Of a stretch of 64,000 nt of DNA, positions 1 to 11,863 are shown one piece after another (position 1 is the first letter of the stretch; each line of letters begins with the position of its first letter). The stretch is taken from NCBI GenBank assembly GCA_051530055.1, contig CM121342.1:11671480-11735479 (forward strand), given 5' to 3'. Made by a program: the position numbers and the translations under genes. Origin of the DNA: Neoechinorhynchus agilis. Taxonomy: Eukaryota > Animalia > Acanthocephala. The notes under the pieces were generated by a model. The model was not told the DNA's origin. It did no database searches and saw only the letters and a list, made by a program, of their open reading frames with translations.

Positions 1-255
1 AATGAATAACCGGTTGAGCTTCACCATCTAATAAGATATTAGCAGCCATATAAACGTTCCGTTCGTCTCGTTTCTTCTTTGTTAAATCGGTTATACAGAC
101 AACGCAAACACATCGTTCATTATTTGGAAAGAATAAGTTCTTGTTCAGATTATCTCTGAGTTCCGTCTTTGCTGAGTTGGACATCTTTGGAAGCAAGAAG
201 ATATATTATTAAGAAATATGTTGCATGCAAAATAATAAAAAAACACGATTTTGAT

Positions 256-1267
256 TCAATGTTTGTTATAGAAAAACTCGGCACACCGCTCGTTGAACAC
301 CTTCATTGATTGGGCTTTAACGATTTCTTCTAAAGGCGATGATTTCCGGACATCAGAGAATTTGTAGTTCATTTGTGTTAAAATTTAAACAAAACCACCC
401 TACTTGGACGCTTGATTGAATCCGATCTCTCTTTAACGAATTTCATTAGTGCATCATACCGTTCAAAATATTCCCTAGAAATAACACTCAGAAAATGCGA
501 ATAAAATCTCATCAATAATATGGAGACTATTTTTGAAGAATTCTGAATGTAAGCGAACCGAATAAAGCAGAAAAATAGGCTAATAAAAATAAGAATTTAA
601 CGAAAGGAAAATCTAAGAGGAAGTTTTTAATGAATTTTTATACCTTGAGAACGCAGGCTAAACAAATCTTAAATGATGGAAATAAGATGTCCGATTAAAA
701 AACATTACTGTTATTTGGCGGTCGCTTCTCAACATCCGAGATAGGAAAATACAAGTAAGCTTTTGATACATTCGTCTCTTTAACGCGATCTCTCTCGGGT
801 GTTCATGAACGGCCTAAACAAAAAGAAATCTCTAACCACTCGGCCGAATGCAATCGTCAATAAAACCTTACTGTTCGAATCTCCTCAGAAGAGATTTGCG
901 TTTCTGTTCAAAGATCGATTCCCCAATAATGAGACCATCGCCGTACAATCAGCTCATTTTTTAGATTCCACATAGGAACACCGACTGTTTTTTGTCCTTT
1001 TTCATTTTGTTCAATACAATCCTTAATCAATGACACTCTTCGTTGGCTTTCTGAATTCAACTTCTCATGAAGTTTCCTGCACTCCGATTGCCTATCAATA
1101 GAATGATCGCCGCTTTGTAAGGTTCGATTGATGACATTGACGATCTTATCATCCGTGTCTCTCGATCGTCGCAATGCTTGATCAAAAAGTCGCACATGAC
1201 TGCAAATATGAACGCTATCTTTAAAAAAATCGTCCAACGCGTTCACTGGTTTCTTTAAATCGCTCAT
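256..1267 (-). CDS. MIX23: MIX23/CCDC58 mitochondrial intermembrane-space protein, split into two coding segments (1267-944 and 332-256) by a non-canonical insert
   Basis: ORF 908..1267 has RDTDDKIVNVINRTL, IDRQSECRKLHEKL, RVSLIKDCIEQ and WNLKNELIV. Manual translation of 333-256 gives (L/V)EEIVKAQSMKVFNERCAEFFYNKH*. Both match recalled CCDC58 motifs (RTIDDRIVHELN ... [21 protein letters not shown]). Confidence 0.85.
333..943 (-). other. TA-bounded non-GT-AG insert in MIX23 (613 bp including one TA)
   Basis: TA at 944-945 and 331-332. Terminal IR ggcgatg/catcgcc. Removal gives ATT GTA GAA GAA (IVEE). Confidence 0.7.
760..860 (-). repeat. Foldback/MITE family A arm (copy 1, inside the MIX23 insert)
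   Basis: Reverse complement gacgattgcattcgg..ggttagagatttc..cacccgagagagatcgcgttaaagagacgaatgtat matches 23523-23625 and 25912-26135. Confidence 0.8.
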
Positions 1268-1681
1268 TTCTTTAATCCGTGAATTACCACGACGAAGTAC
1301 ACTCCTTCGAAGTACAAGTTCTTCCGACGATCGTCAGTCTTTTGTATGTCAATCGACTTCACCACATTGAACCAATTGAACGTTATTGGGTTTTTGTGTC
1401 AAAGATATCCCGGATCGTCAGTTTAAAACTTAACTGCAATTTTTTGCTTACGGTAGCGATTTGTTTCATCTTAAAGTAAGCATTCGTGTACTCCAAGAAT
1501 ACCTCACAATTCCTAATCATTTCCAGATTTGCGATATTGGGACTCATGTTCAATTGTAAATCTGAGCATGGTAACATCTAATAGATTCCAAACGCAATAT
1601 CGTTTACTTTCAATTATGTTTTAACATTGAACTAAAAAATTAAAGTAGTTTTTTATGAAGATTGGACAGCCGGTAATTTAT

Positions 1682-1985
1682 ATCGATGTGTGACCTTTTA
1701 TCACACGGCTGTTAATTTTTGGGCGCACAGCCCACCGACCTTGTTCAGAGAAGTAATTCAATTACTCAAAGCACTGAACCATCCGGTACGAGTTTGTACA
1801 TTCCTCCGGATCCTCAGATACCTCCAGGAGGCTGGACTCATCAGTGAGTTTCCTCCCTTCAGCGGTATTTCGTCCCCTTTGGCTGTGCGTCATTGGTGGT
1901 AACGGATTCGAACCACTTGACCCCTAATCGGGATCACGGGCCTCCAAAAATTATCAGCCGTGTGTTAAAAAGGCCACACATTGAT
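1682..1985. mobile_element. MITE with ~40-bp imperfect TIRs; interior related to 59689-59999
   Basis: Left atgtgtgaccttttatcacacggctgttaatttttgg is the near reverse complement of right ccaaaaattatcagccgtgtgttaaaaaggccacacat. Internal ggatcctcagatac..gactcatcagtgagtttcct is shared with 59785-59840. Confidence 0.75.
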
Positions 1986-3343
1986 AAAGTAGTTTTATCA
2001 AATCAGATCGTGTGTTTTTTGGGAGCCACAACCTTGTACACCTTAATCACAAGGTTGTGCCGAAATATTTGAATTTAATAACTCTTTTTAATTGTTTCGC
2101 CATGTAAAAAAATGTGAATAGTTCAATATTTCAAACACAAATTCGTTTGTAGAGTTCGTTACCTTCGAAAAAGTCGATCTAGCCGACTAAATGTGCTAGA
2201 TATATTAATGAAGCAACTTCGATAAAGGTGTAGGCGAACCCATTTCAATAAGCCCAATTAACTTTCCTCGTTCTTTTTCTGGTACCGTGCTCAATTCATC
2301 CTGGAAGTAACATGGAAAAAACCCAATTTAAATATATTTGAAAAAAGAAATACTTTTCGAAATTATGTTTACAAATTATTTGTGTTCATTTTTGATGACC
2401 AACTCTTAATTTAATGGGCTCATTCGCCCATTTCGGCTTTCACTATAATTATCTTCCTTTATTATTAATCGCCTCATTTAATTCAGCGGTGTTTGGTTCT
2501 ACTGTTGAACCATTTGAGACTTTTTTCTTCAAAAATACATGGAATTTGGAGCCGTTGAATAAGAAAATAAAAAATTACAAGATCAAGAAATACTTTGAAA
2601 ATCTATTGCACCAATTCAAAAATTAACAAACGCCTTAATCAAGTACTAAAAAGTCTTTTAAGATCTAACAAAACGGTCACACGGTCTACAATTTAAGCGT
2701 AACTTTTAAAAATTTCTTTGACGAGTTCGTTATTTATTTCATGTGTTTTTAAATGTAAATAAACGTTGTATGTTTTTTTCTCTTGTTGATTTGAAGATGA
2801 TTCAAGCAAAGACCGTGATTCCGAAACTCCCGATTAAAGCATTTTCGACTCATTGAATCCGAGTCATTTGATCAATTCTATTTAAAAAAAATTCATAGGA
2901 ATTTGTAACAAACACACACCAAATGATTGTTTTCGTTGACTCGCGGGAACGCGGGATCGTCAACCTCGTAGGCGAAGACAATCGAGAACAGGGCAGTATC
3001 CGGCACAAATATTCGAATGCTTCAAAATGATTCCCTGAGCAGTGAAAGATTCGGCCTCTTTCGGTGTATCTTTGGTGAAACGCTGGCACAAATTATCGAC
3101 TACAACGACACGTCTTACATTAAAAATTGAGCCAATCAATAGCTGTGAAGATGTTAATTGACCAATCACGAGATGAGAATTTTTGTTGAAGAATAAACCT
3201 AAAATAGGAAAGTGAATAAGTTTAGAATTGTAAAAAAAAGTTCTCGCTCATAAAGCAGCGAAATTTAAAAGTAAGTCGGTTCAAAAAAGTTTTTGTACGT
3301 TTCTATAAAATAATCTCTAGGTCTCATATGATACAAAACAACA

Positions 3344-4296
3344 TTACTCGTGTTTTTCTTGTATCTTTTGAACTCCATGAACAATTTTTAGAAGACCTGG
3401 CGTTGCTAGGTTGTTACGTGCGAATTTAACTGGAGGTGATTGAGTTTTTTCGTCTTTGTTGGGTGTAAAAGAGTTCAATAGTCTTCGAGCAGCGGGTGTA
3501 AACTGAGTGGAAGGTGTTCGATGTTGTGTCCGGTCATCGAGGTACTTGATTATAGCGTTTTGTTTTCGTTGGTTTGCTTGAGCATTTGCTCGTTCAGAAA
3601 GACGTCTTGCTAGTTCTTCGCGTTTTGGAGTTTTGGCTATCCGGAACGAAGGAGTGTTTTGACAAATGGGTGTTCCTGAGACAACACCCCATGTCATTTC
3701 CGGACTCTTGTCAATAACACGAAATGATGGAGTTGACTCAACTAGATTGTCTTTTTGTGAAATTGTTCGTTTTAGCTGCTGCTGCTTTACGGAAGGTGGA
3801 GGTGATGATTGTTAGGCGTTCAAAAATATTCCACCGAGCACGTCTAACATCTATAATCTCCACCGATTTGTGTAAGCCTTGTGTTTTCATGTACGATTTT
3901 CCTTTCACGAACTCTCAAGTTATCTTCTCCTTCTGGGTAATACATAAGACTATTCTTAACGCAATAGGGCCAAGCATTTAATGTTCCGGCCTCGAGTTGA
4001 GGATCAGATCTTTCCTGAAGAGCATACAACCAAGAATTATGAACCTTGGTCTTCTCACGTTTCTCTGCGTTTTCAATCACCTTTGAAAACTCCATATTGT
4101 CAAAACTCGTGTTGTGATTCAAAAAGCAGTCCAGGGAACAATCCGGAGCATTGACTGACACGTTAGGACGCTGGATTCCAGGGAAGAAGTCACGCCGGAT
4201 TATTTGCCCAATAGATTCCGTGTAATCCTCTTCGTTCATTACATTCATTCCTTCGGAGCATTTAGAGTTCCCGTTGGATGCAGTTCCGTCGAACAT
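3344..4296 (-). CDS. ESS2: ESS2/DGCR14 splicing factor; two ORFs joined across ~3790-3865
   Basis: Motifs MNEEDYTESIGQIIRRDFFP, SLDCFLNHNTSFDN, KNSLMYYPEG, KIVHENTRL, SPEMTWG and TPSFRI..REELARRL. Confidence 0.88.
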
Positions 4297-4354
4297 GTCC
4301 TAAAAAAAGAGAAGGGGGTTTAAATCTAAGTTGTGTTGAAAAAATAATTCATTG

Positions 4355-4537
4355 TTATTTGTCGACAGGAGAGATAAATGAAATTAAGATTTTATTGGAT
4401 ATTTCGATCCACTATCTCGGATATTCTTCAGCGATTGCTTGTAAGTTTTTAAATATGTAAGTTAGAAGATCCGAGAGAGTGGATCGAAATATCCAATAAA
4501 ATCTTAATTTCATTTATTTTCTCCTATCGACAAATAA
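4355..4537. repeat. Inverted pair of Penelope-like 3' ends (~75-bp arms) forming a hairpin
   Basis: 4355-4434 is the near reverse complement of 4464-4537, and both match 48254-48335. A 14-bp direct repeat taaatctaagttgt lies at 4321-4334 and 4535-4548. Confidence 0.85.
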
Positions 4538-5326
4538 ATCTAAGTTGTCAAGCACCCGAAGAAAATTTGGTCGCAGAAATACACGAATTGAAATGTTTAG
4601 AGCGTTTTTGTAATAGATTTTCGGCCGCAAATGCCTGTTGAATGATCTAACGGGAAATTAGACTCCCTTTTTTTGCTCTATACTAACTTCAAGTCTACTA
4701 GTATTTTAAATTTGATTGAGTGAAAGGATTGTAAAAAAATTATGACTCCACTGAGTCGATTTTTCATTCTGCGTTCAATGTACCATTAAAGCGGACTACC
4801 GGAAAGAGAAAAGCTCGTGATGTGAATACCGAGGAAAACAAGAGTCACGTAAACAAAAAACAGATAAGTGAGTGCTTATATCAAACGTAATCTTGGTTTC
4901 GAACTGAAAAATACGAGCTTGGTTAAATCATCAACATCGATTATTTGATATGAGTTTTTTAATTGAAATCAAAAAGTGTGATTTTGTGTTTTATTCTTAG
5001 AATTAAACTTAAAGAAAAATTAAGGACTGTTACGGTGGAACCTAAAAAAGACGAGCTCAGCTTATTTAAATCATCATCGATAATTCGAGAAAAGTTCCTT
5101 TTCAAATTCAAAAAGTGTGATTTTGTGTTTAACATGTTCGGATAAACAAAAATAGAAGAACAAACGCCGTCAAATCCTTTTTTGAAGAAAAATCGAACCC
5201 AATAAGTGCTTTTGTCCGAACATTTCGATTTAATAACTCTTCCTTATTCATAGCGCGTATTTGAATCATTTTCCGCCTGGACCAATGCCATTTCTCTTGA
5301 TTCGGTAGTAAATATTTTAGGATATC

Positions 5327-6889
5327 ATGATGTCGTCGCGGTACCTCGACGATCAAATTCGACGATTGAGCCGGTGCGAGAAACTGACTGAAAACGAAGT
5401 AAAGGCACTGTGTATGAAGGCCACAGAGGTTTTGGCTGAAGAAAGCAACATACAATCGATATACTCGCCGATCACGATCTGTGGAGACATTCATGGTCAA
5501 TTTTACGACTTGAAAGTCTTATTCGAGATTGGGTCCCAGGTTTCTTCGACAAACTATTTGTTTCTAGGTGATTTCGTCGATAGAGGATTCTACAGTGTCG
5601 AAACATTTCTACTTTTGCTCGCTTTAAAAGTTCGTCATCCAAACCGGATCACTCTTATTCGAGGCAATCACGAATGCCGTCAAATCACTCAAGTTTATGG
5701 CTTCTACGATGAATGCTTCAAGAAATACAATTCTGCAAATGTTTGGCGATACTGTACTGACGTTTTCGATTGTCTTAGTTTGGGCGCTGTTATAGATGAT
5801 AGGATATTTTGCGTCCATGGAGGTCTATCTCCCCTTATAAAGACAATTGATCAAGTCCGATTGATTGATCGACACGTCGAAGTGCCTCATGATGGACCAA
5901 TGTGCGATCTTCTCTGGTCGGATCCCGCTGATAACCAATTGGGGTGGAATTTAAGCCCACGCGGAGCCGGCTATATGTTCGGTGCGGACGTTGCTCGAAA
6001 TTTCAATTACAATCACGCGGATTCTCAACTTCTCTTTTTTTGGTTTGTAAATCTAACATTTTTTAATCCTAAATCAAATTGTCTTACCGGATTCCTTTTG
6101 AGATTTTGTCGAGAATTTATTGGGGCAAAACACAATCTTGTACTCCTTTATCCACAAAGTTTTTTTCGCAAAGGATTGAATTTATTAAAATTTACACGTT
6201 TTGGAAGGTAATGTTCTGTGGAGCCGCGGTTTTCCTCACGCTGGCAGCATTCCCTCGTTTTACTGCGAGAGAGATGTTTTGTTTAATGAGTCGCACGCGG
6301 GTCCCGTTTCATCGACCTCCTTGCTATAGCTGAAAACAGCTGAAGTGCTGATTCTCCGAGGGCCCCGAACGTTTCGATCCCGAAAGGCACAAAATGGAAG
6401 CTCTCCTTCAGCTCAGCGTCAGCTCAGCGTATTTTGGTCCTCTGCGGTCGCTACAGCATCGGGGCCTTTACTTGGTCATGGTGTCGATGCAGGTTGCATC
6501 CCATAAGAAGCACTTCCCTCGGCTGCCCAAGAAAAAATCCCTATATCAATAAATTCGTCCTATAAAAACACAAAATATATGTATTTAAAAAAAGCATTCG
6601 TTTTATATCGGAAATTTCTTTGATCGCGAGTGTCCGTGTGATGTACACGAATCAAACAACTCTGATCTGTAGAGCTCATCAGCTCGTGATGGAAGGATTT
6701 AAGTGGCATTTCGACAGAAACGTGGTAACTGTATGGTCAGCGCCAAACTACTGCTATCGATGCGGAAATATTGCTTCTATCATGCAAATCGATCCTAATC
6801 AGCGCATCTCTTTCGTTTTGTTCGATGCCGCTCCGGCACATAAAAGACCTGTTCCACCCAGGCTCCCTGTGTCGGAATACTTCTTGTAA
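5327..6889 (+). CDS. PPP4C: Serine/threonine protein phosphatase 4 catalytic subunit, split by a non-canonical insert
   Basis: [52 protein letters not shown] and C-terminal [19 protein letters not shown] and FKWHF are PP4-type. Confidence 0.93.
6010..6643 (+). other. TA(CA)-bounded non-GT-AG insert in PPP4C (636 bp including one repeat copy)
   Basis: TACA at 6008-6011 and 6644-6647. IR caatcacgcggattctc / gagtgtccgtgtgatg. Removal gives [15 protein letters not shown]. Confidence 0.78.
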
Positions 6890-7074
6890 TGAAACAAAGA
6901 AGATGAACTTGAGCAAAGCGTTGTGTGATTTCTTGTATGCATCGTGTTATGAACGAAACGGGCGTGTGTAACGGACTAGGATAATGCCTTTGTGGTCATC
7001 GCAGTACCATATCGATTTATGATCTTCTTTTTTTAAATTGGGGGATTTCGGTTCTTTGAAACGTAACCACGACA

Positions 7075-7274
7075 GGAAAACGCTGGTCTGCGCTTAAATG
7101 CCCGCTTAACCATACGCAATTTAGAGGGTTTTTCGCATCCTTACCGATTCTCAGATTCCTCTCGGGGAGGCGGGATCCAATTTGAGTCATCGGCGATCAT
7201 AAACCCTTGGACCCAGTAAAAAATAACGATTCTAGGCGACGGTCACGGGCATTGGGCGCAGACCAGCGCTTCCC
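7075..7274. mobile_element. MITE with ~28-bp TIRs
   Basis: ggaaaacgctggtctgcgcttaaatgcccg ... cgggcattgggcgcagaccagcgcttccc. Confidence 0.7.
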
Positions 7275-7859
7275 AGACCAATGAATCGGTGGACGGTGTG
7301 TTGGTGAAAAAAGAATAATCTTACACTCATCGATAAAAAGGCATTTGGCTGAGCCACGCATAAAGATGTTAAAATTGCAAATATGTTGTTGTTTTTGTCA
7401 CGAATAGTTTAATTAGTAGATTTTGACAATTTTATGTCTTAAGTTTTCATACGACGTAATACTTTTAGTTTATTTCTTTGTTTGACTGATTTTGGGAATT
7501 TCATTTTATTACTATCCAAAGTCGATACAAATTGTTTAAAAGATCTGGGAAGGTGCCTCCATTGCTAGAAGACTGTATTTTAAGGTCGAATGTTCGCTGC
7601 CTTGAAATCGACCCCGGTCGCCGCGTGTGACAGGCGAGAATACACTAAAAAAAGTTGTTTCGATGGCATTTTGAATAAAAAATTATTAAAAACTATGTGA
7701 GTTATTTGAAGTATCTGAGCGTTTTTGCGTAATATTTTGGCCGTATAAAGAGCGGCTCTATTATTTCGATGAACCCACTCTCAATGTTGAATGCACGACT
7801 ACTTGATTTATTTTTGTAAGGACTATCTAAATACTAGAGATCTAAATGCTGCTCCATGC

Positions 7860-8180
7860 TCAGCAGCAACAGAGACAAGGCTCACAGGTCGTTGAACAGG
7901 GCGGTCTATTGTAGCAGCAATAGCAACAGACCCGCGGGCAAGGAGTAGTTGGTGGCGGAGGCGGATAATAGCAGCAACAACAAACGTCCGGTTCACAGCA
8001 AGGTTTGCAGACGGGTTGGCATCCAAAACCTCCACCAAAACGGCCAAATCCGCCAAATTGGCGCTTTACTGTTAGCTTCGTATCCTCATCACCTTTACTC
8101 ATCATTCCTTTCTCGACTGGTTTCGCAACACTGAACACTGCTAGGAAGAGACAAAGCAGGAATAATAAAGATTGGGTCAT
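7860..8180 (-). CDS. Secreted Cys/Pro-rich peptide (signal peptide, acidic propeptide, KR site, Gly/Phe linker, two Cys clusters around polyproline); minicollagen-CRD-like without Gly-X-Y
   Basis: MTQSLLFLLCLFLAVFSVA / ..KRQFGGFG.. / CQPVCKPCC..CCCC / PPPPP / CPRVCCYCC..CEPCLCCC. Confidence 0.75.
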   Translation of the reverse strand: MTQSLLFLLCLFLAVFSVAKPVEKGMMSKGDEDTKLTVKRQFGGFGRFGGGFGCQPVCKPCCEPDVCCCCYYPPPPPTTPCPRVCCYCCYNRPPCSTTCEPCLCCC

Positions 8181-8814
8181 TTTGAAATAGATTTCACAAG
8201 ACTGTTGCTACATCAATGAAGTGTCACCCCGTCTTATCCACTTGAAACTGGTAGCAAACTGATTGCGAATATAGTTTCGAATTTATCAATAGAATGTTGC
8301 TCAAAATTAGTTGCAAATTTCGTGGTTCAATAAGAATGCCAATCAAGTAAATGCCATTTAGTTATCTAGATTATTGAGCGGGTTCTACAAATAAGACAAT
8401 ATCGAATAGCCGTGTAATTATAATTTGAACGAGTAACATTTCGAAATGATTTAAAACAAATGTCGTAAGAGTCTGTGTTTTAAAGAAAAGTCTCACTTTT
8501 GAAGGATTTAACGCATGCCACAGCGTCTTAATCGTACTCTTCAAACACGAAGAATTTTAATTCGAAAGCAGATTAGTCCATTTTATCGCAATCTCGGTCG
8601 CGTTTTTTGAATCCCCGGCACGATATTTGAAGTAAATGTTATATAAATTGAAAATTCGGATTAGAATGTGCCGTTAGAGATGGGAAAAAACACGTTTTAA
8701 AAACACACTTATCTCGAAGCGTTCCCAAATAACGTTCGGAAATATTCGATAAATTATGATCGTAATCAATTTTCGAGGAAAGATTATTTATGACTGCAAA
8801 TCAAGTCTAATGTA

Positions 8815-9032
8815 TCTATGAGCCTCCCAGATCCATCTCTTCACCACTCGGAACCGTCGCAAGGACACTTGCAGCGTTGCCGCGCTGGATCACGAGACCT
8901 ATGTTTTGCAAGAAGAACGTTCCTGCTCTTGGGTATCCGGTTGCGATCCTCATCTTCCTTGAAAGATCCGCCGTAAAGTTCTTGGCCTCAGCACCGAAGA
9001 CACCGAGCGTCTCAACGCCGATGTGACATCTC
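8815..9032 (-). mobile_element. 3' fragment of a CRE-like (RLE) non-LTR retrotransposon
   Basis: Reverse strand reads IGVETLGVFGAEAK..GYPRAGTFFLQNIGLVIQRGNAASVL, the RLE C-terminal motif. Confidence 0.8.
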
Positions 9033-9099
9033 CGTCAATTCAGTATTTATTTCCGATTTCTGTGATCTCACTAAAGGTCTACGATTGAAATTATCAAAA

Positions 9100-10185
9100 C
9101 CTTAGCCAGCAAAGTTCATGTAAAACAAAAATAAATACAGAGTACCAATACGAATTTGATTGTAGCGATATAGTTTGGAGTCTATAAATTGGTTCTAAAT
9201 ATTAAGCATCTCGACCGTTTTCAATCCCAATCAATAATTTCACTGTTTCCATGGCATCATTTTGCAAACATCCACACGAAATAAGTTTAGAAATTAGCGA
9301 AAAGGTTTGAAAAGTTCTGTAATGCAATTCTTTGTCGTATTTTGTTAAGGTAATGTAGAATTGTCAATTTTGTGGAAATTATTTTTAAAATGCCGAACTT
9401 TAATTTATAAAAAGTTTTATTGGCGTTCACGTTAGTCGATTTACCTGAACATTATACCATCAAAACGAAAAACGCTTTTACGCAAATCTCGAGCTGGATG
9501 CGTCAAACTGTTTAAGTCGTAGTTTTTTCTCATAAATTAAAAACTTTAGAAGATTTTACTGGAAAGCGACTCGAATCCTGTTCGCTCTCTTTCGAAGCGG
9601 ATTTATTTCCAACTAATCATCGAGTTTAACATAAGAAGACCGGACCTGATTTGGGATTTTAACGTCATCGATTGTTTTTTCACTGGAAACTACTTTTTTC
9701 AGACGATTCAAAAGGATTTGTCCAATCATTCCTGGCGGACGGGTGAATTTTTCCAAATTCTGGGATGGACGTTGCCGGCTAGCACCTTCTGGGAGCACTT
9801 TTTGCTTATAATGAAATTCATCTTCCACTGGGACCAAATGCCAATCACATCTATAATGAACATACACATTTTCGCCGTTGGAGATTCGTTCCCCTCGAAA
9901 AACTCGTTCCGCTTCGAAATACGAAGACTTGATTGATTGATCAGTAGATGGCTGACTGGTTTTTAATACGTAGTAACTCACTTCTAAAAAATGTTAGAGT
10001 TGTTGTGGATATTTTGTGTTTTTTAACAAACCCGGATACGCTCTTTCCTCGGATCCAAGAATGAAAATGCGACCAATACCTCCGTCCTTCAACATTAAAC
10101 AATAGTCGGTTAAAGTTCGACCGTTGTAAGAACCTTTGCGACCAATATATTCAATAACCTTTTTCGAAACCTGTTGAACAGACAT
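9100..10185 (-). CDS. Multi-exon gene of unknown function
   Basis: ORFs 9994..10185 and 9613..9981 join in frame through a GT-AG intron (g|gtttgt..tttttag|aa). The 3' extent is uncertain and no family was recognised. Confidence 0.4.
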
Positions 10186-10439
10186 ATCTATAAGATAAAT
10201 GGAGGGGAACTAGATCGTAAATAAATTAAAAATAAATAATAATGTGACTTGGTTGAATAAAGTTGTCAACCTTGCGATCTGAGAAAAGTGCCATTCCTGT
10301 TCAAAGCAAATATTAGAGGAAAAAAGCGATAAAAAAACCAGTGTAGTACTTTTTTTCGAGTCGATGGGTCGATTGTGAGTCCGACGAGACTGACGAATAT
10401 TGCACGAAGGGGAATCAGTTTCTCTATATCATCAACGAA

Positions 10440-10700
10440 AATAGACACTTGGTAGAGTAATGGTAAATTGAACCTTTACTTCCGGGCTTTCGCCATCTTC
10501 TTTAGGAATCTACAAAGGCGCGTGGGGATGTGAAGTAAGTGTTTTAGTAGCGACATTGAAGTGTGTGTGGAAAGTTCGTCCCGCCTGTTGAGCATTTCTT
10601 AGGTTTTTTGTCCAGTTGATTTTCCGAAATCCCTTCGTATTGTCTTCGGGAAACACCTTCCCCCTTCCAACGGCCCAGAATATAAGTAGTTCCTCGGCGA
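10440..10700 (+). repeat. Dispersed repeat family C (further copies at 14875-14990, 57790-57960 and inverted at 58455-58640)
   Basis: aggaatctacaaaggcgcg..gtagcgacattgaagtgtg..ggaaagttcgtcccgc..ttgagcatttcttagg. 10440-10620 is nearly identical to the reverse complement of 58455-58640. Confidence 0.8.
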
Positions 10701-11863
10701 TACTTTCACTAGGTCCTTAACTCGCGTCCAAAGTTTTTTGCTTCTCAGTCGTTGTGGCACTTACGACAATATTGAATGTACTTTTAAAATTCAGAATAGT
10801 TTGGTAAGATTTACGGTGTACAGAAAAATGCCGTTAAAAAGTGCTATGTGCCATTTTCAACGAAGAAAATAGTGCTACGGACGATCACAATGTTGAAAAT
10901 CACTGATTTAAAGCGTCTTTCAGCGAATCTTTGAAGGAATATGTGAGATACCCCTTTAGAAGTCCGTGAATCGGAAGCCAACCGATAGGTGGATTTGCAC
11001 CTGACATTTTTCCAGAAAGGTAGCCAGTCGCAACCAAAGCGATTCTTAACAAAAATATACAGTAAATATATTAAAAAACAAAATTATTTTCTGTAGTGTT
11101 TTTAGAGAAATCGAATCTTAAATCCAATTAACTGTTAGGTTTGGTCAATGTTCCATCCAACTTTGTTTTATGTTTTAATTGTTTATTGCAGAAAAATTGA
11201 AGGAATTTATTGATTCCAATATTTCTGACTCACATGCAGAGATTGTAGTTCCGACGATAATCAGATTCAATAAAATTCCTTCAATTTTTCCGGAATAAAC
11301 AAACAATTTTGTTTTATGTTCCTAAAAAATCGAGTTATTGCTGAATGAAAAGACAATCAAAAATGCCGTTTTCCTCAATTATTTTCGGAAAGAATCTTTT
11401 GGATTGTGTCCCAAATGTTCGGTGTCTTAAGAATTTTCGACCTTTTTTCAATGTCCATTTCTTCAGAGGGCATTAAAAGTTTTATTAAGTGTAATGATTA
11501 AATTTTTTTATGAATTTCTCTATTTCGCAATGTTAATTTAGTACATAATTATTCGCCGTCCTCGTATTGTGTCCATTGGAGAACAAAAGCCAAAATGTAT
11601 AAGTTCAAAGTTTGTTCTTGCTTTGGAGAACTTGAATGTTTTTTTGTTCATTTCCCAAAATTAATGATATTAAGAAAATCTTTAGAGATAGTAAATATTG
11701 AATGGTGGTTTTTGAACATTCTTTTTATATGAGATATTTTGAAAGAAGAAAATTTCGCTTAAAACATAATATCGTGATTATTTCTAAAACCTTCGAGAAC
11801 AAATTTCCGGAATTGTTTAACGATTTCATTCGATGATTTTGAAATCCGAATTTTTTCAGAGAT

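Noticed and set aside
1270-1577. Upstream ORF overlapping the MIX23 start (ATGA), suggesting translational coupling
   Set aside because: Short frames interrupted by stops, with no recognisable protein; likely chance.
1890-1945. tRNA gene on the minus strand (ggttcgaatcc..acca)
   Set aside because: Only a B-box-like motif inside a MITE; no acceptor, D or anticodon stems.
2750-3180. Gene between the MITE and ESS2
   Set aside because: Several short open frames on both strands, but none could be assigned or spliced convincingly.
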